Part shown: positions 11,444-25,554 of the stretch, piece by piece | Layout: every line of letters begins with the position of its first letter | Numbering within the stretch: position 1 is the first letter of the stretch | The notes under the pieces: model-generated | The model's input: the letters and a program-made list of their open reading frames with translations, nothing else | Told to the model about the DNA's origin: nothing | The model's database searches: none | Assembly (NCBI GenBank): GCA_900088475.1 | Contig: FLMG01004622.1 | Span: 1-43,065 of the forward strand | Length of the DNA: 43,065 nt | DNA from: Hyphochytrium catenoides | Lineage: Eukaryota > Protista > Hyphochytriomycota | Direction: 5' to 3' | Made by a program: the position numbers and the translations under genes

Positions 11444-13352
11444 ATGACGAAGCTACCTTTATTTGCCAATCTTCATGCGGAGATCAATGGTAGGAGGAGG
11501 CATTGCATGCATGGCATCTGTTATGTCGCTCGCTCAAGCAACGTGCTGGAGTCATCTAGCTGCTGTCATTGAAGTATCCACTTGCTAGGCTAACGACCAC
11601 GTAGTTGCCCCCCTATGCCAAGCGGTTGTGTCCTCCTAACTTGCTTTGCTTTGGAATAGAATTGCTGGAAACAGATCACTATCTGGACGGCTTTCGGGTT
11701 GAGGTCAAGAGTCCACCTGAAAGTCAAATAGTAAGGAGGCTATCCTTTGATCTGTACCTTCAGCTTCGCCATTGCCTTCTACTTACAGGATTCTCGTGAC
11801 CCCTCCAGGCTTTTGCGGGTGTATCAAGCTTAGAACGTTCCCCTCAAAGCAGTGCATCGAAGAATGTCGTATCAACCATTAGGATTCAGCGCTCCGCCGC
11901 TAAAGGCGAAGGTAAGAGGATTGATACTCTCTTCAGACACTGCAAAGGCTGAGCACTCTTTCTGTCTTTCCACCTGCGCGGCAGTCTCCGCTTTTAGGCT
12001 TGATAATCTGCAGATTGACTCTCAGGGTCGCTTTGCGTGCGAAGCATCACTATCGAAAGCTCTCTCCATCAGTGGCCTCACGCTCCGAATGAAGGCCTCT
12101 GATGGGCTTTCTAACCCAAGAATTATCAGGCGATACGCTCCCCCCTGTGCCATGTGCGTTAACCACTCCTCTACCTTCCTTTGTCCTCTTTCGCTCGAGC
12201 TCTCGTGTCCGCTTGCAACGTTCCGTCCGCCTTTCTTCTTCTTCAACTGGGCTCTATCACGTTGAGATTCGTAACATTTCTCTTTTAAGAATGAGCGCAG
12301 AGTACCAGGACGAGAGTAGGGCCTTTTCCGTTGACTTTGACATTGCAAGTGGGCCAAGGCTTAGTACATCGGCGCTCTTGAGACACCAGGTGCCGTACAA
12401 TGCTTCCCTCCTTCTTCATTCTTCAACACGCGCATTCTCTCTTAAGTCCTCCTGTGGCTGTCCTAGAAAGCTGTCCTTACATTCGGCTGCTCTTATGAAC
12501 ATTCTCTGTCTCTCCGGTTTAACTGACGGCCATTCTCCGCCATCGCTGCCCCTTCTATTATTTAACCCTCTTGCAGGTTCCCTTCCTCCTATGTCTTCTT
12601 CATTCTATCCCTTGTTAAGTCTCTTGCGTTTGTCTTATTCATTAGAATGTTCTAGCTGGTGCTTTCCTGAGGGTTCATAGTCCAGTCAGCGATGCCCCTT
12701 CTATTCAGGATCTGAATTTTGCTCTCGCCTACGACCGTCCAGACTACACAGTCACCTGCTCCACGTAAGGGAATGCGAGATCTTCTTCGTTACCTTTCCT
12801 TTCGCTCGAGCCCCTCGATCGCCATTTGGAGCATCTATCTCTCCTTACCCTCATCGGTTTCTGAATGTTTTTCTCCTCTGCGAATAACGCTGCAGCCGCG
12901 TTTCGTCTCACTTGTCAGGTTTCACGCATGAACTTACTCTCTGTCTCTCTCTCTTTCTTGCCCCATTTTATTTCTCTCTGATCCCTGGCAGTGACCGTCA
13001 CTTCCACATGTACAAGCTTTCCTACCTGCATCGAATTTCTCCTTCCATCAAAATCGGCTCTTTCTACGCCTACGATACCGTGAAGGAGGACACAACTCTT
13101 ACTCTTGGTGGCGTGTGGAGATTCACCCCTATTTTACACTCTTCCCACCTTCTTCTCACCTCTCCTCTACAAGAAGGTACGCCTTCTTCGCGTCTGGCTT
13201 CGAAGCTCAATAGCAAGGGCCTGTTCACAGTCACCTTGGGGCACCGCCTCGTAAACAACAAAATGGAGATTATGGCATCAGGGCAGATAAATCTGAAGAG
13301 CTTAGACAGTGACACTCACAAGTTTGGTGTCGGGATGACACTCAGCTTGTGA
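11444..13352 (+). CDS. Eukaryotic porin (Porin_3 family), VDAC-like mitochondrial outer membrane channel
   Basis: About 7 GT-AG exons (~11444-11489, 11660-11730, 11809-11911, 11985-12153, 12290-12389, 12646-12764, 12992-13352). They give MTKLPLFANLHAEINELLETDHY..., LDNLQIDSQGRFACEASL, DFDIASGPRLSTSALL, ASKLNSKGLFTVTL and a C-terminal beta-signal-like HKFGVGMTLSL. Confidence 0.75.
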
Positions 13353-14063
13353 TAGATCTACACCAGAAACTACTGGATGCTCAAGGGACGACCCAGGCTT
13401 TTTTTCGCAGGTAAAGGTATAACACGGCCGAAGACAGGATCGGAGGACAGGCAACCAAGCCCTGTTAGGGTTCTCAAGTGAATCCCGCATGACACCAGGG
13501 CCTCCCTTGCTTTTGCACCAGCCGACCAAGATTTGGCGAATGGGAACGTTCGGTTTAAACCGTGCGGGACTGCTTGGGCCTTATCGGTGTCTTGCTGGCA
13601 CTTCCACGGTCCAATGTTGGACTAATGCGTGACGTAGGATCAGAAAATATGTTCACTCAGTCCGTCTCTCTGGCAGGAGCGAGTTGCTCCGAAGTCCCTA
13701 GCGTGAGCGATTCACTAAGGGTAGGATCCATGTCCTCCACTCAAAGCAAGCTTGTCAACGCGGAATAAGAATCTCATCTACCTCTACACTGTCAGGCGAT
13801 CTGCATCCCATGCCTTGCCTCCAGGCTTCTATTGGTGTAATCTCATTATAACTTTAATATCACTAAAGCTCTGCTATACAGCAGAAGGCGGTTAGATACG
13901 TCGCCTTTTAATTCCCGATGAACTCCTGCTTGGACTCTCTCGGGTGCCCTTGAGCTGCACAGAGGTCAAGAAAAAGGTATATATTTTGCATATAAATAGA
14001 TGAGGAGGCAATTCTCCCCTGGTCGTGGTCGTAAAGTAGAAGACGAAGCTCTGTGGCAGCAGA

Positions 14064-17000
14064 CTACACCGTCGTATAGCCCAATAGCTTATATGTCACC
14101 TCTACCGGAGAGCCCTCGGAGGGTCTCAAAGTGATGATTGCCTCCTCTTGAACCCATAGTCCGGCAGAAACAATCCCATCTTCGTCTGCAGAAAGAGACG
14201 TCATTTCAGCAATGATAAAGAAGCAACTGCGTGAAGGAACAAACTGCTCTCAGTACTGGTCTCTGCTCTAACAAGCTGCTGCTTTTAAGCTGTAGAGAGG
14301 CCAATGACAGGTAGAGAGAGAGCGAAGAAAGAGAGAAAGAAAACATGCTTTTACATCGTAAACGTACATGAAGCTTCACCTCCGTCCTTCTCTTTTGTCG
14401 GTCCTCCACCCGTAAACGTGAAGGTGACAGTGGCTTCCGTTCCGGATGTAGCATAACCTTTCATAGGGTTGGCGGAAAAGTACTGACAGAGGAAAAGAAG
14501 AGAAGAGACGCATATTAGAGGCACGAGGGAGCAACAAACGGCAATTGAGTGGAAGGGCGATAAAAGTTATTGCCTCGAGAGTGAGGTTGAGAAGCAGCAA
14601 ACCAAACACGATGAGCTGTGCGGAGGAGAGCTTGTACCTTCAACTCTGCACTCTTAAAGCGGATTTCAAAGCTTCCACCTGTGACTGTTGGACTCTTGGC
14701 ACAACCAATGACTATAGATTTCTGTGCCGTGTTGTTCCTCTTCCCAGAGGAAGGTGTCTTCTTCCTATCACCCCCGTCTAGTGCTTCTCTTGGGAACCGA
14801 AGCGTGTAGCTTCTAAGCTTTTCCATAGGTTGGCCAGCAGCTCGCAAGAGTGATTCTGCAAGGTGCTGAAATGCGATTAACGGCGGCTGTGTGTAAGGCG
14901 ATCTCTCTTCGTGTGGGCACTTCTTTGGAACTTCGCCATCTCTCGTTGTCTTCCCCTCTCCTTCTCTCTTTCCCTTCTTCCTCTGTCGCTCTCCGCTTCT
15001 TAAACTCCTCATTCTCTCGCTATTCCTCTTCTCGTCGGCTCTTTCCGGTGTCCCGATAAACTCTGCTGTGATCTCTCCAGTGTCGTTCGGAATCTTCATT
15101 TAGGTCGCAAATGCTGGACAACGGCTTCCGTGTGTACCTCTTACCTGATTGAGGCCCTTCGTAGGTGGTCTGAGGAGGTCATCGACGTAGTTTAGCTTGC
15201 TATTCTTCAAAGTGCTCGGAAAGTGCTTCTTTGCTATTCCGGAGGCGACCGATCCCACGGCGTCAGGAAATTCATCATGAGCGTCCGAAGGGTAAGAATA
15301 GAGAGCATCGCTCCAGCAACGGCCCTGGTCGAAAGGTAGGAAAGGCACATGTCGATGCAAAATAACCAGAAGAAAGATATCAGTATGAACTCCGTGTCAG
15401 CGAGGGAATATCGACCATGTATCTAGCGAAATAGTTACTCTTTCACGCTTATGAAGCTGAATGGCCTTGCATGTAGTTCGAATGACTGGTTCTCTTTTGA
15501 AAAAGAACTAGACGGAGATAAGAAGCACTGGCCGACCATAAGCAGAAAGGAGAGACAAGAATGCATTGGGATGAAGACGGTAACCGTACCGACACTTTGA
15601 TGATCTGGTCTGCCTTAGAGCGTTCAGAAGTAGGTATGACGACATGAAAGCAGCTTTCAAAGGGGGACGACTTCTCGTGGTCCGGACTGCACCATTGACA
15701 AAAAGCGTGGAAGTCAGTGAGAATGACTAGAGCTCTCCTTTCCTTGTCTGATCTGCTCTCTCCCCCCATCTCTCTTTTACTCTCTCTCCCTCTCTCTCTC
15801 TCTTTCTGTCTCGCTCCATACTTTTACTGCTTATCTTCCTAAGCTTGATTGGCCCGCTTCTGATGTCGATATCGCTCAATGAGGAATCTCTCTTTGACCT
15901 ACAGCTTTCCCTATTTGGTCCTTACCTGAATGTGATACTGATCTGCTGTTCTCCTCCGGGTGGTATAGTGGCCTCTCGTGGCACCAACACGAACGGCATC
16001 GTCCCGTTAAAGTTGGAGTACTGCAGACCGACCGTCTGTGAAATGTAAATGCTCGGATTAGTTTAGTTAACGCCGTCTCCGTTCTAAGTCTGTCTCTCGC
16101 TGCCGCGATCTTTGTTTGAAGAAAGGTGTGTCTTTTCTCGCTGCCTCAGACTTCTCTCTGCTACCATCCTTGCCCGACTCACACGACTTTAACCTATCTC
16201 ACTTTCTTCGCTTATTCCCTTCGCGGATCACACAGTGACACCTTCTTCTGAGCTCCTCTAAGCCCACCCTTACCTCTAGCCGATAAGTCAATGCAAAGGC
16301 AGAGCAGTTCTTAACGGTGACAGTCTTGCTAGCCGTGGTATTCTGGTCAGGGTAAGGTTACAGGAATAAGATAAGCAACTAAGCTTATGGGAGACCCCAG
16401 CTAACCAAGAGTGTTAAGCAGGTGATGATATTTAGCAACAGTGTTGGAAGCAAGGGACTGACGGATACAAAGAAGCGAAGCTGCGCCTCAAGCCGTACAA
16501 GAGACAAAGAGGATAGCAAAAGCGAGAGAGTTCAACCTCAAACAACAGCGTCGCCTACCTCTACTAGATTCCCTAAGAAGACCTTCCCATCGCTCGGGTC
16601 TAGAGCGACAGAAGGAGAAACTCCCTCTCCGGTAAGGAGGAGAGAAAGCTCCGATGTCTTAGAACGTATAAGGAGCTGCTCCTGATACTGCTGCTGTACG
16701 CTTGGGCGGAAGCGAACAATGAGNNNNNNNNNNNNNNNNNNNNNNNNNNNNNNNNNNNNNNNNNNNNNNNNNNNNNNNNNNNAAATAGTGGCACCAGAAA
16801 CGGGAGCAATGAAACCAATCACTGTTAGCAGATTCCCAGTCAGAAGAGAAGAGGTGAACCGTTTCCGAGGAAAAGCCTTGACGCTCTCTCTTCTGCTCGC
16901 CGTAGCAGGTTTTCTCTCACGTCAGCCTCTAGACTTACCCCGTTGTTTGGTGGAATCGGCCTGGCCGCATTTACTATCGAGAAGGGACCGACAGCGTTCA

Positions 17001-20000
17001 AAGGCTCGAGCCGGAGGGTGGCGGCGTCAGTTCCTCGATTTCGGATGAAGAAGGAAATTTCCTGGTGATTACGAAGAGCGAGTCGAATAACAGTGAGACA
17101 CAGAGAGTTAGCCAACCCTTTTAGCGGCTCTAGCAAACACAAAGATAGGTAGGGGATGGGTTCGAAAATGACTAAGAAAGGGAAAGGGAGACAACAGCGC
17201 AGACGGACGAGCAAGAAATCAGCAACAGTGGAAGGAGGAACGTCGTCATACCTCATGCTCTCCTATTGAAACTTGACCGAACTTGATCTTTGTGACAGAA
17301 GGCTGCAATATTCTTTCTACGGTCGTGGTATGGACCTCTAAAGCAAGGAGGGGCAGCTCTTCGTCCTCTTCTGCCTGAGATCTTCTCCCTCCTTCTCCGT
17401 CAACTTTTCTAATATATGCAGGGATTACCCATTTCCCGTGCTTACTCCACGGCTCACCCAACTTCTTCCTTCCTATCTCTTCTAAAGCCGGGCTCGAGAG
17501 CAGGTTGCCTGCCTTCGAAGCTGCACGAGAATGGCAGATTAGGTACATCGAGAGCAGCATAACACGAAAGGAGGACCGAGACTTGGGGCATGATAGAGAG
17601 GAAAGGGGATGCCAGAGAGCGCTCCCGCTGAGAAAGAAGGGCAGAGGGTCGTCTTGCACTACCTGGGGGAGCTGGAAGAGGTTGAGACTCGCTGGGGTCG
17701 CTGTAAGAGACAGAGCCACGATACCCAGGTGCGGCGCGGATCACTTTTCGGCTCCACTGTCCTCCGTCGAGGAGAGTACTGTCATTCAAGCCTTGTAGGT
17801 CTCCTTCTGTTTCTTCTGGAGATGGGATGCTATCCTCCACTTCTGTTGACTGAGAAAGAGAGGACGGAGGAGCGTCGGTTGAGCTAGGATGGAATTCCAC
17901 TTGCAGCCTCAAGCTCTGACCGGGCTTTAGACTACCGGCTGATGGCATCAGGCGCAGTTCTGTGAGAGAAGAGTCAACCTCTTTCTTTTCTACTTCTTTT
18001 GTAGCCCTCGTCTCGCCTGAATCCAGGAATGCCTTTGGAAGAGAAAAAGAGAAGGCGTAGGTATGGGTCCTGCTGTTATTTGACAAGATGATGCTTGTCT
18101 CTCGGCTGTCCCCTGGAGCCGTTGCTCCAAACACGATGACTGGCTTAGAAAGAGAAAGAGGCGGCAGGATGCCTGTTCCAAAACAAGGCAGCGAGAACTC
18201 CTGAAGAAGTACAAGCGGATGGTAAGCGAATCATTCTGAGCGAGTTGAGGGAGGAGAGAGCAGACATAACCGCCACGACACAAAACAACTGAGTGACATA
18301 GATTTTAGGAAGAGCGCCAAGTAAGAAAATGTTTGGTCCAAGGGCGAGAGAGGAATTACAGAGATAAAAAATAGAGACAAATAGAGAAATAGGAAGAGGG
18401 AGGAGAGACACACACACAGAGACAGAGCGAGAGAAGAAAGAGAGCAGAGAGCGAGAGGAGGGAGAGAACGAGGGATATAGACTGAGACGGAGAAGGAGAG
18501 AGAGACCGAGAGACAAAGAGGGAGAGAGAGGGTCAGCTAAAGAGTCCATTCATCCAGTTCTCACCCTGTTGCTGGTTGATGAAATGCTAAGGTTGCTGCT
18601 GATCTCGACACACGTTGATGGCGTGAAGATTATATCGACTAAGCGTTCTTCGTTGGGAAGAAGGATGAGAAAGCCGTCAGCAGGCTGCACCTCGAACTGT
18701 CATAAGTGCGAAATACGAAGAGAGAGAGAGAGAAATCCTCAGTATATAAGAATGGTAAGGGAGTAAGGAATCGAAAAGCGCAAGAAAAGGGAAAGATGAG
18801 ATCCAAGGGGCAGGGAGGAAGCAGAAGAAAGGGGAAGTTGAGGGTGGCCCTATGTGATCTCTACAAAATGACGCAGGCAGTGATGCATCAGCGGTTCTAT
18901 CGCTCTGTTTGTACCTCACTCTTTAGCCCTGTAAAGCCTATCTTTTGAGGCAGAAGTGACTTGTTTCTAATCCGCACGGTCTTAAGTGTGCTTTGGTTGA
19001 CAAAGCAGCGACCAAAGGCGAGAGAAGGAGGAGATATCTCAATGTCCGAAGTGGTCAACTGCCCTCGGAGGGTGAAAAAGACAGGGAGTGTCTTCGTAGA
19101 TACGCGCGAGAAGGGGGCAAATGTTGGAGAAGAGAGGGAGAAGAGTTGGGGCGAGCAAGGACAAGAGGCAAAAACATCAGGAAGATGGTGGATATCTGGT
19201 CAGCATAGAGTAAACAGTGACGTTCTCAGGTCATGTGGGTTCACCAAGAGATGGAACGCCAGCGCTGTAACACTCCTCAGCTCTCCCCTTCACCTAGTGG
19301 TGGTTGCTTTCATTCCACATCTGCAGTCCTTATCCCCTTCCATCTCCTGCACTTACTTGCTCAGTCAAGCCAACACGAATGGGTAGCGCAAAGATTCCTT
19401 TGCTTGGGATGGTCCATCTGGGGCCGATTTTCTGGAGCAGATCTTTGTCTGGCCGAAACTTCAGCTGCACCTCAAACTAGAGGGTAAACGAAGCAACAGC
19501 ATAGGAGAGAGAATGGATGAGAGAGGGAATGTTGGGAGCGAGAGGTACTGTTTATTTGCCCTTCGCCTAGGTGAATAGTTCCCTCAACAGCATCAATAAA
19601 AGGAAGAGCTAAATGAGTGCCGAAGGACTGAGGCACAACGTGTATCGCAAAAGATAGGGCAGACGGGTGGTGCTCTGACGAGCACATTCCCAATATTTTG
19701 ACTTTCATAGAGTTAGAAAGCACCTCGTGACGTCTTCAGGACAGTAAAAAAAGAAGAAAGAGACAACAATACGAAGAGAGCAAGAAAAGTGCAATGAGAG
19801 GTGCCAGAACGTACTACTTGATGACATCCTTGAAGCCTGAAAAGAGAAGAAGAGAGGGGCAGAGGAGGGCGCTGTGGAGCGGGAGAGGGCACGTGCATCT
19901 AGATAGAGAGGATAGTGCCCAACCTTGCCATGGTCATCGGCAGAGCTACATCCTTGGATGAATCCAAAGGGAGGGTCAAACTCTACGCAGCCTACGAGCG

Positions 20001-23000
20001 GCGCCGGAGGAGAGAGTGTGCACTTCAATGATGTCTTCCCCCGGTTCCTGGGAAGGTTGTATATTGATGTCAGAGCAGAGAGATAAACGGATCGCACAGT
20101 CACAGTACGAAAGACCAGCCCAAGATGAGGGAAAGCAGACCGAGTAACCATAACAAGAGCTTAAGAGGTTTATGATGTGAGCAAAGACTCCTAACATAAA
20201 TCTAATGGTAAAAGCGATCAACGGTGGTCCCAACGTGATGACTAAGGCTCCTTCAGCACATAGATGTGAGACTCTACTAAGGAGGCGAAGAGAGAAGGAC
20301 CTTATGAAGAAAAGAGAGGTAGTGACGGGACGACAGGGACTGGATGAAGGCGGAGGCCATACTAACCTTAAGAGTATTTTGGTTCTGTAGAGCTTCCCAT
20401 AGGTACAACACCGCATGTCAATGGTAGGCTGCTCTACATAGACAGGCAGTGGGAGAGCGACGCCCTGAGCCGAGAAAGAGATCTCGCCTTTGGCTCTCGC
20501 CGCTTGTTCGCCGTCCTGATGCCTGTCCTCGTCTTCCTCATCCTTCCTGTCTAGTAGTAGAATAAACTCATCCGCCTTCTCTCCAACTTCCATGGGACGA
20601 AACCTTATCTTGACGGTTGACTTAGAATAACCGTCCACAGAACCTTTACGCGAGGTACCAGGTACGCGAGGTACCAGGAGAAGCGGAAAAAGATTTGGAG
20701 GAGGACAAAAGGTGGAGTTGCAGTTATTTCCCAGCATCTGACAGCCAACTCTGCCTTGCCAGCGCACTTCTTAGTCCTTCGGTTCGTCTATCGTGCCTGA
20801 TTTCTCCCTATTTTACGTTCTTTTCACATCGTCTGTAAGGATCAGGCATTTTTCATTGGTCTTCTCCCAGTTCCTGCTCCACTTTCATAGTAAGACTCTC
20901 TTTCTTGCAAGCCCTACCTGATAAGCTTGAGAGCTCAAAGTCCTGATGGTCTTCAGCAATAAATAACCTCTGCACAGCTCCAGCCGCAGACAGAAGAGCC
21001 TCCTCCGAGAACTTCTTTGTCTCTCCATCTGGTCCTTCTGCAGTGGGAGGGCGATTCTCTTTATTCACTTCCTTAGCAGCGTTTAACACTCCATCAGCAG
21101 AAGATGAAGACGGAGTGGGCTGCAGAAGCAAGGGTAAGTCTCTTTTCTTAAGTTTTGTTCGCTGTCGATCACTCCGAATATCTCTAAAAGTGTCATGGGA
21201 CTGACTTCCTCACCATCTCTGCTCTCTCACGTAAACTCTCTCTCTTTCTCTCTTTAGCCACTACCATCTTGCTGCTCTCTGGGGCTATGTTCTCCTACTT
21301 CCTGGTCGGTCTCTTCTAATACCTTTATCTCTCTCTCTTTCTTTCTCTCGCCTTTTCATGCGTATGTGTGCTGTACTTCTGTCTTTGTCATTAAGCTTAC
21401 ATCTCTTTTACTGTCCTACCTTGCTCGATCTCCTGAGAATCTTGTACCCTGAACCTAGTGCGCCGTGATTTTCCACGGTAATGGATAGAGTTCTCTCTTC
21501 TCCTATGACTGTCTCCTTGAACAGTAGTGTCTCTCTAGAAAGAGATATCGAAACTCTTTTCCGCTTACAGATTATAGGAATGGATATTGGGCCAGTCTCG
21601 GAGAGGAGAGGGAGGTGAGAAGAAATATCCCTATTGACTTTAGGGATAAACCTCACAAGCAACGAACAGGAGACACCTGTCATGGGACGACAAGAGGGAG
21701 TTAGAAAGCCGAAGGTCGCTAAAAGACCCAGATTAGAGCGAGAGCCCGAAGTCGAAGAAAGTGACAAAAAGAGCGCGATGTTCCCGAGGGGCAAGGGATA
21801 TCGCGGATAAGGTGGAAGGATGCACACTTCTTGCTCTTTGTTTCTCCCTTACCGGCGCTCATTCTTCCTGGAGGTTTGTGCTCCACCTCTACAAAGTTCT
21901 TGACCTCCTGAGGAAGAGGGAGAAGCTTAAAAGTATTGAAGGTCCGGCTAACATTCGTTAGCACGACCCTCTGCTCCTGGGGAATGCCCACTTCAAAGTC
22001 CTTGAATTCTAGAAGAGAAGGTGCGGAGACAAACGCAGGTCCTTGGAACTCCTAGAGAGCGGAAGAAAGGTGAGCAGAAGGATCGCATAAGTCACTACTC
22101 TAAATATCCAGGCAGGGGCAGAGACGAGTGGTGGTAACTGTAACTTATACGGTGATAGAAGCAAGTTCGCAGAGAGAACCACTTTTAGAGTGAGAAAGAG
22201 AGAGCTGGGAATCCGCCCTAGCCCTATCCAGGGCTCCCTCTTGCTTAACCCTGCATGTACCTTTCCCATAACTATCTGTTTCTTCACGATGTTCTCCTTT
22301 TGATGCTTGAGAGCGTCAGCGAACATCCTCTTCTCAAGAATGCTCCGCTTCGGAGGGAGAGACGAGGTCTCGGGTGTAGATTTCTCTTTTTCCCTCTCCT
22401 GCGTGGCCTTGCCGTCTTTCTGGCTGCCATCCTCTTCTTCTGGACCGACCGTGTCTCTCTCCTCCTCCTCCTCGTCTTCATCTTCGTCTTCATCAGACCC
22501 ATACACTCTATTGATTCGAAGATCCATGCCAGGAATATGCGCTTGGTCGCTAGGAAGAACACTATCGAGACCTTGAAGGGAGGTTAGAAAATTGGAGAGC
22601 AGGAGGAAAAAGGACAAGGAGGTGAAGAGCAAAGAACGGTAGATGACAAGGGAAACTATAGAAGTCAGTGACGTGAGAATGTCACAGGACAAGACGCTGT
22701 AATGATCCATATGAACAAGACACAAAGGAGGGTGGAAAGCAAAACGCTCATATATCCAGCCTTCCTTGAGAAAAGTATCCCCAAAAAATGAGAAGGAGAA
22801 GAATGGAGAAAGGACGGCAGGGAGGGAGAGCCAATAAGCACGTGCAATAGTTATCAAGCAACCTATGCAGAAGTGGAACACGCCGTCATACCTTTCTCCT
22901 TCCCACCTGTTGAAGATGAAGAGCCTCTTGTTTGCCTAGGAAGAAGAAGGGGATTGGGCTTCACTCCTCTATGGACATGCTTACTCTTGACTTTCTCTAT

Positions 23001-25506
23001 CATAGCTTCTCTCTGCTCAACAGTCTTCGAAAGACTGCGGCCAAGTCCAAAGGAGTGATCCTTTACGGACGTGACCTGCAGCAAGACAACATCGGAGAGA
23101 TATAAGAGAAGACTAATCAGCGCTCCCGGCAAGCAGTTGATAATGAAAGAGAGGATGAACGACCCGATAGGGAAAGAGATCTGGTTAGACTTACCTGTGA
23201 TGGCTCTATTCTATACATCAGACCGCTTGGATCTACAACGTCCACACCGTTGGTGGTAACAGACTGAATGTACTTCTTGTTCGCCTCTTCGGTGTACCGA
23301 CGACCGAGAGAGTTCCGATACTGATCTACGTAAAGCTGTCCCAACAGGAAGAAGTGTGATTTTTAAATTTCTCAAGTCTCAAGAACAACAGGGACAAATG
23401 GCAAGCCACCAAGGGTGGAAGCCAATGAGAATAAGTGTAGTACGGACAGAATGAGCTGCAATGATAGGTCTTCAGCTGTCCATACAAATAGCAGCTCAGG
23501 CTATGAGAAGAAGGATGATATTAAACAATAGGAGAGGCGGAGAGGAAGAGCTGTATACTAGGAGCAGGAGAAGACAAAGAAAGGAACAGGAAGTTGAGTA
23601 TTGGTCTGTTGACAGGAATAGGGCTGATAGTGAAGCCTCTCAGTCATTTCTCAATTCTCTATCGCGGTGGACTTTCTCTTTTTTTATCTGTCCCTTGTCT
23701 CCTCTGGTTCTGGCCTCTCTCCCATTCGATGCTTTACCCCCATTGTTCAGCTTTCTTTACCTTATGTCTCCGAGCCTCCTGCTCTATCTTTCCAAAGCGA
23801 ATATCCTCATTCACCATGGTCTTAGCAATTTCCAGCTAACAAAGAAGATTGGGAGAAGGTCGAGTGTGATGTGAGAGACCGGCGAACTTGACGAGAGCAG
23901 AGGCTTATCTACCAGCCAAAGGCCTACAATCAAAGCCTCTCTTTGAATGAGATTAGAAGATAAGGTACCTTTGCTGTTTCAATGCTCTCGTGTTGTTTCT
24001 CTCGCTCTCTTGCCGCACGAGCCTTTTGCATCCTCCTTCGGAAGACTTCGTAGGGATTCTCGCCTAGGGATGGGCCGGTAACCCTTTAGTGATTATGTAG
24101 AAGAAGAAGGGAGAAACTAATGCAAAGAGACATGGTAAGTTCTCCCTCTTTCGCTCCTGTTGGCCTTTCACGAAGATGAAGGGCAATACTTAGGAAGAAA
24201 TAAAAAGGAAAAGGGAAGCAGCATGTCGTCATAGACAGCAAATGCCCAAAGCAGGCATTGTGTCCGTACCGCCAGCGAGGAGCTCTTTGAACTGTTGTCT
24301 CTCCTCTTCCTCTCTCTCTATTCTCCTCCGTTGCTGCTCAGCATTCGTATTCTGCTCGAGTAAGGGAGAAGAGAAAGGGAAAGGACGATACAGCAGGAGT
24401 TGTCAGGATTAAGTGCACGAAATTATGACAATTGGAGAAAGTAAGAAATCTAGTGTGAGGACTTATAAAGGGCAGCTAGACGGAGACGTAGAGGACTAAG
24501 GACAGTGACGGCGTATGAAGGAGCCGTCATTCCAGGGTTAGGGGAGGTGTCGAGGGAGAGCCAAACAAAGGTGGATCTATAACTCAGATAAACATTTACG
24601 GCACCAAGGCTCAGAGCGAGAGAGAAAAGAGAGAGAGAGAGAGAGAGAGAGAAACGAGCAAGAGAAAGAGAAGAAGAGAAACTGGAAAAAGAGATACGGA
24701 GATGTCCACCGCCAGCTCTCTCTAGAGGAGGAGGGATCCTAGCTGTACCTTCATATCGTTAAACGCCTTTTCGCTGTTGGCCTTTAACTCCAAAACTGCT
24801 CCGGCATTTCGATCAAACTTTCCTTTCCGCGCTACCTCGGCGCGTGAGAGGATCTCTCTCCTCTCACCCAACAAAGCCGCCATCAACGCCTTGCCTTGTC
24901 TAGATCCTTCTATGGCCTGGTCAATCTGCCGTCTGGCGCTTTCTTCCATTTCTCTCTCTCTCTCCCTCTCTTGCTCGTGCTCCTGGTTAATCTCTCTCTT
25001 AATCCTCTCTGCTGCCTTCTTTTCGCGTTTGACTATTTTTTGCATCTCCTTCTGTGCCGTTGCTCTCTCATGAGAGAGAGATACGGCCAATCTCTCTTCA
25101 TCCTCACTCTTTTTGAAGTACTGAAGTTCTTCCCTCTCCAGCTCTTTCTCCAACTGTCGAGAGAGTTTCTCCTGTTCGATGGCCTTCCCTTTTTGAGAAG
25201 ATAGGGTATGCCATTGATGCTGGAGCTCGTCCTCAAGTTGTCGGATCTTATCATCCACTTCCGCGATGGAAGATCCCTGGGGCTGGATGGTAAGAGGTAA
25301 AAGAGGGGGGAAAAGGTGAGCGAGTTAGTGATGAAGCAGAGGGAGATGACAAGTTGGAGAGAGAGAGGGACGACAGAGTTAAAGCGAGAGAGTGAGGCGG
25401 ACAGAGGCTCATGCACGGTGACAGGATGATAGAAAAGGAAGATGAAAGGGATAGGTGGAAGCAAGAGAAGAGAGAGAGAGAGGGAGAGAGAAGAGAGAGA
25501 GAGAGC

Positions 25507-25554
<48 letters not shown>

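Noticed and set aside
12120-12160. GC donor (AG|GCGATA) in the porin gene
   Set aside because: A canonical in-phase donor AT|GTGCGT at 12154 explains the splice.
13890-13960. Additional terminal CFAP74 exon
   Set aside because: The preceding exon reads through to an in-frame stop at 14064 with a plausible C-terminus. An alternative 3' exon cannot be supported without transcripts.
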